Below, piece after piece: positions 37,378 through 50,824 of a stretch of 64,000 nt of DNA. A program made the position numbers and the translations under genes. Positions within the stretch are counted from its first letter, which is position 1, and each line of letters begins with the position of its first letter. The DNA comes from Camelus dromedarius. Lineage: Eukaryota. The DNA is taken from positions 118,980,001-119,044,000 of the forward strand of contig NC_087437.1 in the NCBI RefSeq assembly GCF_036321535.1, in the 5' to 3' direction. The notes below the pieces were generated by a model, which was not told where the DNA came from, did not search any database, and saw only the letters and a list, made by a program, of their open reading frames with translations.

Positions 37378-37690
37378 TGTCAGTGTCCTGGGGCCGCTGT
37401 GACAGAGCGCCACACAACGGGCGCCTACAGGAACAGAAATTCCTGTCCTCTCACAATTCGGGAGCCGGAACCCTGGAATCCAGGTGTGGGCGGGATCATT
37501 TCCTTCTGTAGGTTTCTGACTGGAAACCTGTTCCTTCCTCCTCCCCCAGCTTCCGGGCTGCCAGCAGGCTCCGGGCTCCGGGCTCGACACATCGCTCCCG
37601 TCCCTTCTCCACCTTCACTCGGCAGGTGTCTCTGTCCAAATTCCCTTTTCTTCCAGGGACACCAGTCAGGGGGCTTAACGCCCACCCTGA
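37378..37690 (-). mobile_element. MaLR LTR (MLT1-type)
   Basis: TCTCACAATTCGGGAGCCGGAA...GTCTCTGTCCAAATTCCC...GGACACCAGTCA. Confidence 0.75.
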
Positions 37691-37694
37691 TCCA

Positions 37695-37876
37695 CAACCA
37701 GGTGTTACAGGACTGAAGTTTATATGATATGGGGGCCCTCTTTAAGGAACAGAACACAAAATTATTAAATCAAAATTAGATGTGGTGGGAGGAGGGTACA
37801 GCTCAGTGGTAGATTGTGTGCTTACCATGCACAAGGTCCTGGGTTCAATTCCCAGTCCCTCCACTAAATAAATAAG

Positions 37877-37915
<39 letters not shown>

Positions 37916-38390
37916 ATAGAACTAATTACCTCCCACCCCCACCAAAAAAAAGAGTAGAAGAAAATAAATTTACTTAAAATTTTTTAAATAATCAAATAAA
38001 AAGGACCAAGTTCCTTTGATGTAAATTTTAGAATAATATATACTTGAAAGAGATATTAATAGCAAAAGTAAAACAGAAGTCCCCTGACTTTATAAAACAT
38101 CTTCTAAAATTAACATTCTGATGTACACACAAAATTAGGCATAAATGTGAATTCATATTTAGAATATGAACAAATGACAAGAAATCGCAAGAGCTGTGGA
38201 CATTCGGATGTCTCTCTTCTGCAATCTTTTTAAGCAATTGACCAGAAGTGGCTATATAGATTGCCTTCTGGCCTCTCCTCTCAGACTACAACACTCTATA
38301 GCTCCCAGAAGCCCTGCATACCCTTAGGGGTCATTCAGATGAAGGCCCTGGGCTTAAGCTCATGCACTTCCTGGTAAACCCCCTCTGCCT
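37695..38390 (-). mobile_element. hAT-Tip100 fossil (MER115/Zaphod-like) interrupted by a SINE
   Basis: Terminal GGCCCTGGGCTTAAGCTCATGCACTTCCTGGTAAACCCCCTCTG and GGGGCCCTCTTTAAGGAACAGAACACAAAATTA resemble this family; name recalled, not verified. Confidence 0.5.
37786..37990 (+). mobile_element. tRNA-derived SINE (Vic-1-like) with expanded (AAAT)n
   Basis: GGAGGGTACAGCTCAGTGGTAG...GGTCCTGGGTTCAATTCCCAG followed by (TAAA)n and CTAATTACCTCCC. Confidence 0.85.
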
Positions 38391-39229
38391 GCAAAAGGAG
38401 GTACACTTTCAGGCCCAGCGGGTGGGAGAGGAAATGAGGGCAGACAGGGGAGCAGAGCCTTGGCAGGAAGGTGCAGGGTGCTGGCTTGGCCCCGATGTTC
38501 CCAGGTGTTGCAGTCGCCGGGGCCTAGGAGCCTGGGAGCCTGGTCCAGCTGGACAGTGGCGACCAAGTTCCTCCTTTACCTCTCAGCCTTCTCCTCCTCC
38601 CCCAGGCACCGGACACAGAACCGACAACCAGGGAGGGGGGCTTCCTCCAGCAGCAACGTGCACATAGTGCCCCCTCCCCGGAGCTCTGAGAACTTCACCG
38701 GCAGCTCGCAAAGTCCTGCCGCAGCATGAAGGGCACATTAGGGGGTGCCCCAGTTTCACGTCCCTTGTAAGGTGGGGCTGTAATCACAGCCCTCCACTGT
38801 GACCCAGCCAGATGAAAGATGCTAGTGAAAGGACAGGTGTAACTGGGCCACCTGAAGCCCCTGATGACAGGGCAGAGCCAGGCCCCAGGTTAGACTCTCC
38901 TGAGGACCGCCAACCTGGCTGGAGCCAGCTGGCCTGATTTGGGAGGAAGGGCAGAGCAGGGCCGAGTGGCAGGGGAGCAGGGAGGCCCTGCTGCCCCAGT
39001 TCTCAGCTTTCCGCTTTCTCCCTCACTCACTCCTCCTTCCTGCTCTGCCATCTGACCAAGCCCTGTGGCTCTCAAAGGCTGAGAGATGCCCAAGAGTCTG
39101 GCTGGGCTGCTTGTGTGGGGCATAGGGGGCTCCTCCCCACACACCCCATATGTAAGCTTGGCCTTTTTAAGCATGCTACATTGGGGATGTGGGCAGGTTC
39201 CCAAACCTCTTCCTTATGTCCTAGAATCC

Positions 39230-39555
39230 TGTTCATTTGTCCATTCATCCATCTGTTCATCTAGCCATCCATCCACTATCCATTCCTCATTCATCATCCA
39301 TTGTCCATCATCCACTCATCATCCATCCACTATGCATCATTCATCCATCATCTGTCCATCCATCCATCCATTCATCCATTCACCATCATCCATTATCCAT
39401 TCATCATCCATCCACCATTCATCATTCATCCATCCATCCATTCACATCATCCATTATCCATTCATCATCCATCCACCATTCAACATTCATCCATCCATCC
39501 ATTCATCCTTCATTCATCATCCATCATCCATTCATCATCCACCATCCATCCATCT
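39230..39555. repeat. Degenerate (TCCA/TCA)n repeat
   Basis: Directly visible. Confidence 0.95.
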
Positions 39556-41717
39556 CATAGAAAAGTGTTGAGCCCCTGCTGCTGTGCCTGGAGTTATGCT
39601 TGCCTCTGAAGCTACAAAGGTTTTCAAGACCAGAGTCCTGTGGCCAGGGAGCCTCTGGCTACCAAGGAAGCTGACAGCCTGTTTGGTGGGGGTCTTCTGC
39701 AGTCATAGGGCACAAGCAGCTTCCCCAGCGCAGTACAGCCGGTGTGATTCCCCCGCCCCACCTTCCTTCTCTGGCTTTCAGGCCCATTTCTCAGCAGCCC
39801 TGCATTCCAGGTAGGGCGTACCCCTCCACCAGGGCTGCTCCCTCCCGCTCTGAAGCCTGGGAACCTGTAGGAGGAAGACTCCTGCCCCAGGCAAGGGTGA
39901 TTAGTAGCCTCACCCCTGCCAGTCTCCACAGGACTCCCCGGAGGCCAGAGCAGCTCGAGAATGCGCCGCATTTTTCTCATTTCAATAAAGGTACAAAGGG
40001 TACTTCTGATGTAATGAAGCCAAAAATCCTGCCCTTTCAGGTGCCTGCTTGGCTGGCGCTGGGAATTGCGTCTGTGGTTTGTTTTTTGTTTTCTGTTTTC
40101 CTTCGGAGGGGGGACTGGTTTATATGACAGTTTACCTCTTTGACTCAGGCCTGAGTGATGCCAGCCACTCCGCCCGCCTCCTGACCTATAGACCCCTCAG
40201 CCCTGCCTGGTGACACCCAGGAGCTCAGTTAAGCCCTGGGGCAGGGGGGGTGTGTAAGAGCAAGCTGGGGCGAGAGACGCCCGGCACAGCAGAGGGACGA
40301 GCTGAGATGCCGAGGCCTGCAGCGAGGGGGCTGGAGGCCCCAGGGGGTGGTGTTAGGTAGTTAGATAAGTGGGGGCACCAGGCAGACAGGTGGAGGAGAG
40401 GGAGGATGGTCTGGAAGACGGCGCTACGCCTGCCTCCAGCATAAAGGGACTTTACCTCTAACTGCTGCCAGCAAGAACCCGGTCAGCGCCCGACAGCCAC
40501 GCCTGCGTGGTAGCAGAAAGGACTTACCCGGACAGGACCCCGTGTTCCCTGTATTATAATTAACACTGCGGTGTAGGCGCCCCGTGGGTCTGTCCGTGCA
40601 CACCGCGGGTGAGGACGGGCGCAGACGGGAGCAAACATGACCAAGCACTCCAGGGACAAGAGCCGTCGCCGAACCACGAGGCCACCTCTCCGTGGGGCAC
40701 AAGGCAGAGCGGAGACAAAAGCCGCGGCTCCGCCTCCCTGGGGCCAGCCCGGCCGTTCCCGGAGGCGTGCTTTTCCTTGTCTAAATAAGCCTTTCGCTGC
40801 ACAACGCACCGTCTCCCGACTGTAAACTCATCTTCCGGGTGAGACAAGGACTGGGGTCTTTTTTTCTGGGGGGCCGGGCCGGCAGGGCAGCGGTCTCCTG
40901 GGGCACAGCGGGCGTTGCTTGCTGCGGTGTTTTCTTCCGCCCAAGGACAACCCCGGCCTCCCGGCCCTGAGGCTCACCCTGTCCCGGGTCTAGCCTTGAC
41001 ACATCGAGTCACTTAGAAGGAGTCACTCAAACCCCACGTCGGGACGTCCTCTGCTTGGGAACGAAGCTGGCAACGTCTGTGACCTCGCAGTGTGTCGCTC
41101 CACCCGGTGACTTACTAACCCCCAGCAGTGCACGGCTGGGCGCCCTCTGAGAGCCCGGGTCAGGCAGGCCATGCTCCTCACCTGGCCGGGAGGTGGCTGC
41201 TGACGGAGGGAACATTTCCCTGCGTGCCTGGCTCCACCCTTTGTGAGCTGCCCGTGACCTTGGCAAACGCTCCCACTTCTGCAGGCTGCCCTGCTTGTTA
41301 AATGGTGGTGATGGTAGTAACAGTATCTCCCTCAATGGAATGTCATGCAGGTTCATGATGCCAGTAAAAGGCTTTGAGCTCTCAGAAGAAGGGCGCCGTG
41401 AGCTCCAAGGTGTTATTAGAAGTAATTGGACCTGCAACTGGGGACACCTTCAAAGCTGCCAGACTCCGTTCGCTTCACCCAGTGTCTCTGTTCCCTCTCA
41501 GTGTCTTCTGTCTGCCCCCTCGTGGGTGCTTCCCCCTTTCCACCCACCACAATCACTTTCTCATTCTTGTCTTACTTATAAGTTACTCACACTTTCCTCC
41601 TAGCTTAAGACTTTCTACAACAAGCATTCTGCCTCAAAAATTATGGGACTCCAGGCAAACAGAACTGGCAAAGCCCTGGGGAACATCATCTAAACCTCAA
41701 GCTAGAGAAGTAAAGGT

Positions 41718-42000
41718 TGTCCATCCATCCATCCACCCATCCATCTATCCACCCATCCAACTAACTACCCACCCACTCAATAAACCAACCACCCATCCAT
41801 TCATTTATCTATTCACCTATCTATCCACCCATCTACCCACCCACCCAACTATCCATCCACACATTCATCCATCCATCTACCCACTGAAACAATCAACCAT
41901 CCACCCACACAACCAACCACATATTCATCCATCCATCCTTCCACCCATCCACCCACCACTCAACCATCCATCCACCCACACACCCGCCCTCCCACCCATT
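41718..42000. repeat. Degenerate (CCAT/CCAC)n repeat
   Basis: Directly visible. Confidence 0.93.
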
Positions 42001-42149
42001 AGCAGGATTGTGCTAATGGGTCTGAGAAGCAGTATAAAGGCCAATGCTTTTGGAGTGGAGTGACTGGAGGGAACAGCAGCAAGTGCTGAGATGAGAGGAG
42101 AGAAGAGGGTGACATACCACCCGGAACGTCATGGCTGCAAACAACTCCC

Positions 42150-42570
42150 ATTCTGGTGTCTCAGGAGTCTGCAGTCTGGGCTGGGCTCAGCCTGGGGACT
42201 CTTCTGCTGGTCTTGCCAGTGGTCCCTGCTGTGGCTGCATTTAGCTGGCCTGCCAGCTGGGGGCTGGCCAGAACAGGGCTGCTGGATGGCTGGGCTCCTC
42301 TCTCTCCACATGATCCTAAGGCCTCTCTCCCTTCTGTGGACTTTCTAGTTCTCTCCACTCACCTCTCAGGCAGAGAAGCTGGCCTTCTTATGTCGTGGCT
42401 CAGAGCACCAGGCATGCAAAAGTGGAGGCTGCCAAATCTTAAGGCTTAGACCCACCAACAACCACGTCTGCCGCATCCTATCGACTCAAGTGAGTCACAG
42501 GGCCAGCCAGATTTAAGAGGAGGGGACCATGCCAAGGCTTGAATGCTGGGAGGTGTGGTTCACAGGGGAC
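42150..42570 (-). mobile_element. Old MaLR LTR
   Basis: CTGGGCTGGGCTCAGCCTGGG...AAGTGAGTCACAGGGCCAGCCAGATTTAAG. Confidence 0.6.
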
Positions 42571-42594
42571 CACACGGGAGAATGGATGACAGAG

Positions 42595-42765
42595 GGCGAG
42601 GACCAGGAGCAGCAGCATCACCTGGGAACTCTGTAGAGATGCAGATTATCAGGCCCAACCCAGACCTACGGCATCGAATATCTGCGGGTGGGTCTCAGGA
42701 ATCTGCAGGCTCGCTGCCTCTCCACTTGATTTTGAATGCTCACTCCCATTTGAGAACGATGGATC
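42595..42765. mobile_element. MER5A hAT-Charlie MITE
   Basis: GCAGCATCACCTGGGAACT...ATGCAGATTATCAGGCCCAACCCAGACCTAC...TTTGAGAAC. Confidence 0.8.
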
Positions 42766-42949
42766 TACAGCTTTGTCAAAAGAAGGAAGCTACTGGAGGG
42801 CTCAGAGCAGAGGGCTGGTTAGAGAATCACTTTTACAAAAGGACAAAGGCACATAAGAGACGGAGTGGGGGGCTGTCACAATGACACAGGTGAGAGAGTG
42901 AGGGTGACCTGGACCAGGGTGGCGTGGCGGAGATGCTAAGACAATCTTG

Positions 42950-42981
<32 letters not shown>
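42950..42981. repeat. (GTTCTG)5 hexanucleotide repeat
   Basis: Directly visible. Confidence 0.9.
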
Positions 42982-44480
42982 CTTGGGAAGTGGAGCCAGC
43001 AGCATTTCCCCACGTGCGAGTGTGAGATGTGAGTGAGATGGAGGATCTCGAGGTAGGATCCTGCTTCTGGTGTTTGAGAAAGAACAAACAGCAGAGAGGC
43101 GGGGCCGGTGCCGTGGGGTGACTGAGCAGACCAGCGGGCCTTATTCTCAGCCGTGACATTTTGGCTGTTTGGTTACCCTCCACCTCTCCTCAGCTTGGAC
43201 ATTTGGAAGGATGGATTTGCCATGTGCTGTGTTGAGGAAGAAGCAAGGTTGGGGTGAAGCAGGTGATCAGGAGTTCAGTTTCGACTCATTAGATTTGGGA
43301 TGCTCACAAGACGTGGGGGCAAGTGTACAGGTTGAGAACTGGTAGGAGGGGTCCGTTCTGGAGAGAGAGGAATTTTGGAGTCTCAACAAGATCGGTCCAG
43401 TTCTGAGACTGGATGAATCCGCTAGGGGTGAATGTGGGTGGGAGGACGTGGAAGTTGACACGAGGGTGGGGGCACACGGAGGAGATGGAGGAGGCGCGGC
43501 CGCTGGGACAGAATGCGAGCAGAGGAGGATGCCTTGGGGAAGCAGAACTGTCTGACAGTCAAAAGTCTGACTCCTAAGAAGTAAGCATCTGGCGGTGATA
43601 CTGATCCCAATTATAAGGACGCCAGTGGGACGGTACAGCTGGTTCCGAGAGTGCATAGGAAACGGAAGACTGTGGTCTGTGACAGAAGGCGGCTGGGGTG
43701 ATGCTGGCAGATTGCACAGGGCCCCACAATGCAATAAAACTCTCCCTGGGATGATGATCTGTCGGTTGATAAACTCTTAGCATCTCCACAGCACAGAATT
43801 CAACTGTTGTCATCAGACAGAAACATCTGCAGCGCTAACAGTTTTCTATGAATGCATATGAATCTAGCAGAGGTGTCAGCCCACCCCCCAAAGTAGAAAA
43901 TGGTCCAAACCAAAGGCACCTGCCCCATTGGGTCCCTAGTGGTCTCCAGCATGTCACTGGTTTGGGAGACCTTGCTCGCCCGAGAGACAAGAAGCCCGCA
44001 GCCCAGTGTGCCGGCTGTGGCTGAGACCTGGCTGCTGGGTACTGGCTGCTGCTGCCTCTGGTTGTGGAACAGAAATCCAAGCTGGATTTCCAGATTTCAG
44101 AAACCCAAGCTTAGCTGAGGTCACACAAGGGTGACAAGTCAGATGCAGACTCAGGCGTCTGACACAGAGCCCCCTGGTTCTGGGTCCAGTGAGCATCTCA
44201 CCTGTGACCTCGCTCACTCCCAGGATATGACCCTCACCCCAGAAAGTGATGCCTCACCCCAGAAGGAATGATCTTCTGGCAGGGAAGTGCCTGGGCTGGG
44301 GGCAGACCTCACACACCTGCCTGAAAATGAGATTTTTACCCACTTTCCCTTCGTTTGTTTGTTTGCTAATTGAAGTATAGTCAGTTTACAATGTTGTGTC
44401 AATTTTTGGTGTATATCCACTCTCCCCTGCAATTTTCATTGCTTCCAAAGAGCATCCAGAGACCGACTCCAGGTGAAAGC

Positions 44481-44958
44481 CCTCACAGCCCCCCCGTCCC
44501 CCCCAGCCCCCCCGCGCCCCCACAGCCCCCCCGCCCCCACAGCCCCCCCGCGCCCCCACAGCCCCCCTATGCCCCCACAGCCCCCCCGTCCCCACAGCCC
44601 CCCCATGCCCCCACAGCCCCCCCATGCCCCCACAGCCCCCCCGTCCCCACAGCCCCCCCGCCCCCACAGCCCCCCCGTCCCCACAGCCCCCCTATGCCCC
44701 CACAGCCCCCCCGCCCCCACAGCCCCCCCGCGCCCCCACAGCCCCCCCATGCCCCCACAGCCCCCCTATGCCCCCACAGCCCCCCCGCCCCCACAGCCCC
44801 CCCATGCCCCCACAGCCCCCCCGTCCCCACAGCCCCCCCGCCCCCACAGCCCCCCTATGCCCCCACAGCCCCCCCGCCCCCACAGCCCCCCCACGCCCCC
44901 ACAGCCCCCCTATGCCCCCACAGCCCCCCCGCCCCCACAGCCCCCCATGCCCCCATAG
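44481..44958. repeat. C-rich 17-19 bp minisatellite (core CCCACAGCCCCCC)
   Basis: More than 20 tandem units with variable spacers (ATG, TATG, GT, G, GCG); G-rich on the minus strand. Confidence 0.95.
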
Positions 44959-46814
44959 CCTCCCGAGCAGGGACTTGTGTTCCCCATGGGCAGGGCCAGG
45001 CTCATGGTTGGGGTGCTGCTCTGGGGGAGCCCCCACTGTGGTGGGCGTTATATTATAATGGTGCAAGCGCAGACCTCCATTGACTCTGTCTTTTCAGCAG
45101 ACGTAATGAAGATGCAGAGGGAAAGAACCCATCCTAGGGGGCCGCTGGAAGGGGTGGGGGGAAGAGCTGTAGAAAAGGGCCAGGAGGAGTTCCAGGGGCT
45201 TCTCCGAGCTTGAAGACAGGGTTGTGAGAAAGCCCGCATCTTCCTGGAAACCCCAGGAGGAACAACAACCCCACCGGCCCACCTCACGTGGGGCCATCGG
45301 GGCGGTCAGATAGCATCAGAGGGAACACACTGCTCCCGTGTCCTGCCCGGCCTGAAGGCCGGCTAGCGTTTCTGTTGGTCACAGGGCCACCAGCAAGGCA
45401 GCCTGAATGTTCACTGAATCGTGTCTGTCGCTGTCTTTTTTTTTTCCGTACAAATGGAAACAGTCCCCAAGTTCTACAAACTGAAAGCAATAAAACAGCT
45501 CTGGAAAAAAATACCCAAGTTAGGCACCTTAGCGGTGACCTTTCTGAGTTGTTATAACCTCATCGTCTTTACCCCTGGAAAGGACCTTCCAGAAACCAGC
45601 CCCTTAGGAGCTGCAGCAGAGCGTTGTCACAGACGCGGTCCCTTCCCTGAGCTCCAGGGGCTTAAAGTTGCTCCATCATTTCCATCTTGACTTCTAGGCC
45701 TTCCTAGTTTTTGAAGACTCTTGCCAAGTAAGAAAATAATTTTACTTTCCTAGGCAGACTGGCGTTTTCCTCCTAGAGGGTAAAACTGCTTATTAACTGG
45801 AGACTTTCAACTTGGACCCCAGATCTGAACTTTCCCGGATACACAGGTGGCCATGCTGAGCCTTTTAGAGTCACAGGGGCACCAGTGCCTGGGCAGTCTG
45901 GCACCCGGGCCCCTGTGTTTCCTTCACCCCCCACCTCCGTCCGGTTGAAGCCCACACCTCCCCGGTGGCAGTTCCCTTACTGTCCCGTCTCCTTCCTCTG
46001 TCATCACCACCCTCCACTTCCTGGCTGGACGTACCGCCAGGCAGAATAAAAATGCAGTTCCCCCACCCCCCTCCCGGTGACCAAGATCTGGCCGTGGGAT
46101 GGAAGTGGACACAGAATGGGCAGTGCCTACATGGTTGGGGCGGTGGACGCGGCCTCCTTTCCTGTCCTGCCTCCTTCTGGCTGTAGTGCGGCTGCCATCC
46201 TAGACCACAGACGGAGGCCAACGGCTGGGGACACCAGACCAGGCATCACCCGTGTGTCAGAGTCGACCAGACAGCTTTCTTTCTCACCTTCCAGTCTAAC
46301 AGGGCAAAGGGGCCTCCCCTCAGACATAGTACATCCTCATGGCTTTGGCTGGCTCCACATTTACGACACCAAAGTCATGTTGTCAACAAGATCTGTCGGT
46401 GAAAATCCAAGGTAAAATGATGCCACTGTTGGGTGATGTGTCCAGGATGTTCCAGGCCAAGAGACGGGGAATGGCAGTACTGATGGGAGGAGCAGAAAAT
46501 GAGTGTTCATTATTCAGGACACGAGCAAACCACGAGCACCGGGAGAGAGCGGAGGGAGTCAGGAAGAAGACCCCAGGGCCAGGAGGAAGCCCCCGGCACC
46601 TGGACTCCTCCGCCCCTCCTCCAGCCAGAAGTGCTTCCCAGGTATCCGTGGAAGGGAGCGTCAGGCCCCAGGATCAACCCTGTATCACGGGGACCAGAAC
46701 CACTCACAGGCTTTTCATTGTTACATAACCTTTTAAGTATTTCAGCCAAAATATTGACTTCTTCTCTGAAATGTCTTTGTTTTTCAAAAGCCCCAAGTGA
46801 AAAGACCTCATTCA

Positions 46815-47665
46815 GGAATTGCTCAAATAAATGCAAATCAAAACTACAATGAGCATCACCTCACCCAGTCAGAATGGCCATCATTAAAAAGTCCATAAAT
46901 GCTGGAGAGGGCTTGGAGAAAAGGGAGCCCTCCTACACTGTGAATGGGAATATAGTTTTGTGCAGCCATTATGGAAAACAGTGTGAAAGTTTCTCAATAA
47001 ACTAAAAATAGACTTACCACATGATCCAGCAATCCCACTCCTGGGCATGTATCCAGAGGGAACTCCAATTTGAAAAGATACATGCACCCCAATATTCACA
47101 GCAGCACTATTTACAACAGCCAAACATGGAAACAACCTAAATGTCCATCGACAGATGACTGGATGAAGAAGTTGTGGTATATTTATACAATGGAATACTA
47201 CTCAGCCATAAAAAGGACTGAAATAATGCCATTTGCGGCAACATGGATGGACCTGGAAATCATTCTAAGTGAAGTAAATCAGAAAGAGAAAGAAAAATAC
47301 AATATGATAATCACTTATATGTGGACTAAAAAAAAAGACACAAATGAACTTATTTACCAAACAGAAACAGACTCACAGACATAGAAACAAAGTTATGGTT
47401 ACCAGGGGGGAAAAGGGATGGGGAGGGATAAACTGGGAGTTCGAGATTTGCAGATACTAACTACTATGTATAAAATAGGTAAATGAGAAGTTTCTACTGC
47501 ACAGCTCAGGGAACTATGTTCAGTATCTTATAGTAACCTATCGTGAAAAAGAATATGAAAAGGAACATATGTTTGTATGTATATGTATCACTGAAACATG
47601 ATGCTGTGCGCCAGAAATGAACACATTGTAAACTGACTGTACTTCAATTTAAAAAAAGAAGAAGA
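46815..47665 (+). mobile_element. L1 3' end, relatively well preserved
   Basis: AAATGCAAATCAAAACTACAATGAG...CATTGTAAACTGACTGTACTTCAATTTAAAAAAA. Confidence 0.9.
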
Positions 47666-47924
47666 AAAGCAATGCATGTTAAATAAAGTATCTTTAAACA
47701 AAAATAGACATAAACAAATACAGACTGGTTCCATCCTTGACCTCCTTCCCTCCTGCCTCTTAGCACTGTCAGGGGGCCAGGACTCCCTGTGGCCTCGGAG
47801 GTACCCCATGAGTCCCTGGGCCCACGGCTGGATCTCCTGCACTGCCTGCCTCTCACCCGGAGTCTCCCTTCCTGCTAACTGCTCCGGGTCAGGCCCCATC
47901 TCCTTCTCCCCCAGCCCAAGAACT

Positions 47925-48030
47925 AGAAGAACTGGGTTCCAGCCCTGGCTCTGCTGCTGGCTGTGTGATCTGAGCAAGTTACTTCACTTCTCTGGTCTGT
48001 CCTCTCTTTCTTCACCTGTGAATTACAGGC
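47925..48030 (+). mobile_element. MIR SINE
   Basis: CTGGGTTCCAGCCCTGGCTCTG...TGTGTGATCTGAGCAAGTTACTTCACTTCTCTG. Confidence 0.8.
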
Positions 48031-50124
48031 AGTGCCCTAGGTCTAAGATCATCTGATTTGAGTTTAAGTCTTAAGCCGTTTATAAATGGGTGCTTTGTCT
48101 AAGGATCTGATAAGAACTAATGAGAAAGTGTTAAAAAATTTATTTCTTTTTGGTTTTAGAATTACTGTTTTATAAACTAATAAGATATTTATCAGCTCCT
48201 GTGTCTCAGATTTCAGTGACTAAGAGTGACTTTCAAAGACTGCATTCAGGGACTGAGCCCTGGACCAGAGCAGCAGCCTTCAGGAGGAAGTCTTCCTGGG
48301 GACCCTCAGTCACAAGGAAGGGACAGCGGTGATGGGGGGAGTTGGGGGGAGCCCCGACCCCCACCCCAGACCCCAGGCCAGAGTCCCGGCTTGGGGAGGG
48401 GCCTCTAGGACACAGGACCTGAACTGCTCACTCCCCCTCACCTCCATTCCTGGCTGCAAAGCCCAGAGAATGAACACAGGGAAAGGAGAGAGATTCTAAG
48501 GCGTTCTAAAGTTGTAAAGTATTTTGAGATCAACGTGGGACCATCATGTTTACCCCTTGTTGTGCTTCAGAAATGTGGCCAAATCAGAAGACCAGAGAGC
48601 CGTTTCTCCCTTGCTTTTTGCAAAGCAAGGCATGGATCCCTATTCTTTCCCAGATTTTGGAAGGAAGGATAAAGGGATGAGGCGGGACACCCTCCACGTG
48701 CCCCAGACCTGGTCCTCTACCTGCTGATTGTTCCGTTGTTACCTCCTTCTGCCCCACAAGGCTCACTGCTGATGACACACCTCATCCTTGCAGAGGTGAG
48801 GACAGAATCATGCGGGGAGCCGGGGAGGAACGGGCGGCAGGCAGGAGCAGCTACTGAGGCTGCAGCGCCCAGTGCCAACTACAGACGTGGGGCTCCTTGT
48901 TCACAAAGTACTAGAAATTTCAGGACATCGACAGCAAAGTTTTAATCCAAGCTGGGGGTCCTTCTGAGCACGGGGCCCCTAGTGTCCAGACCCCAGCAGC
49001 AGGTTGTAGGCACTATAGGTCTTAGGAATGGACGAGGGGAGGGCAGAGGAGGGGAGAGTCTGTGTTTTGCCTGTTCCGTGGAGATGCAAGTTTGTGCAGC
49101 TGAGCACCATGGAGGAAGGGGCTGCTCCTCTGTGAACCTCCTGCTTGCCCCACGGAGAAGGCTCGGCACACGGGCAGGTGTGTGGGCCGCACAGAGCCAG
49201 ACGTGCCGGAGGGGACCAGGGCCAACATCCCTGGGAGTTCAAAGGAGCCGGCCCAGGGCACATGAGTCAAGGCCAGTTGAGGAGCCTGGTACGCAGTCAC
49301 GAGTCTCTCCTGCTTGGCCTCCGTGTGATAAACACGTGTTAGAAAACACGGTAAAAACAGATTGTTTTCCTCATAGGGCGACACCGACGCATGAGGAGTG
49401 GAGGCAGAGTGGGTCCAAAATGTCCCTGGATGAAAACCTAGTCCCTGTGACCCTGCGGGGGACGCTTTGTCCCCCTCCCTGGACACCTTCAAGCTGCCTC
49501 CACTCCTTCCCTCGTCATCCTCACCGGAGCCCCGTGAGCTCGGACGGAGGCTGCCTAGTTCAGGTCACCCAGCTGAGCAGGAGGAACTTGCTCCAGGTCA
49601 AACGGACAGTAAAAATCCAGATTTTCTGAATCCACGTCGGATGCTCTTCCATCCCACAAGCGCTGGATGGTGGAAACAGCGCGTTTCCCGTAAGCTCTAC
49701 AGTCAGGAGCCTCAGAACGCTGACCCCGCGGGGCGTGTGAGATCCCCTCCCTCCCCCTCCTCGCGCTGCGCTGGTTTCTAACAGACTTGTCCAAGGCCAT
49801 GGCCACTGGAACCAAGGGCAATGAGGGCCGAACCTGGGTTCCAATTGTATTTCTAAATTCAAACATTGTTTTCAAACTGTTTATTTTTTTAATGTTGTAC
49901 TGCTGACTTTTTGTTGTTGTTTTTGCTTAAAATTTAGCTTGTAAAAACGACAAATAAATGTTTCTGCCAAATGGGATCATGCAATATATAAAGTTACATA
50001 ATTTTTTTCACAGACCACAAATATTTTCCCTTATTTTGGTTTTCAATTGTTTATAATTTTTTTAATAGTAAAATCATTTTTTGAAACAATTCTTTTTTTT
50101 TTTTGAAGATAGCCTAAGATTTCT

Positions 50125-50710
50125 TTTTTAATCGTGGTACAGTCTGTTTACAGTGTTGTGTCAATTTCTGGTGTGCAGCATAATGTTTCAGTCATACATG
50201 TACATGCATATATTCCTTTTTGTATCCTTTTTCATGAAAGGTTACTACAAGATATTGAATATAGTTCCCGGTGCTGTACAGAAGACACTTGTATATCTCT
50301 CTTATATATAGTAGTTAGTATCTGCAAATCTTGAACTCCTAATTTAACTCTTCCCACCCTCTTCCACCCCAGACCATAACTATGTTTTCTATGTCTGTGA
50401 GTCTGTTTCTGTTTTGTAAATAAGTTCATCTGTGTCTTTTTTTCAGATTCCACATATAAGTTATATGATATGGTACTTTTCTTTCTCTTTCTGGCTTACT
50501 TCACTTAGAATAATGATCTCCAGATCCATCCACGCTCTTGCGAGTGGCATTATTTCATTCCTTTTTAATAGCTGAGTAGTATTCCACTGTAGAAATATAC
50601 CACAACTTCTTTTTCCAGTCACCTGCTGATGGACATTTAGGCCGTTTCCATGTCTTGGCTGATGTAAACAGTGCTGCTGTGAGCACTGGGGCGCACATGT
50701 GGTTTCAGAT
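50125..50710 (-). mobile_element. L1 3' end (same family as 46815-47665)
   Basis: Reverse-complement similarity to 47060-47660. Confidence 0.9.
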
Positions 50711-50824
50711 GAGAGAAACCAGTCTGCGTCTGACTTGAGGCGCCAGTACCCCTCAGCACATTCACGTGGGGGGGGTGTTTTCGTGGTTACTGTTTTCACT
50801 TTTTATTCCACAACTTTTTCAAAA

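Noticed and set aside
37790..37862. tRNA gene
   Set aside because: tRNA-like head of a SINE, followed by the SINE tail; three other copies are in the window.
39086..39609. His/Ser/Ile-rich ORFs
   Set aside because: Translations of the TCCA repeat; the same applies to 41374-42063.
44370..45083. Proline-rich protein, or CRISPR-like array
   Set aside because: Minisatellite open in most frames on both strands; no unique spacers and the context is eukaryotic.
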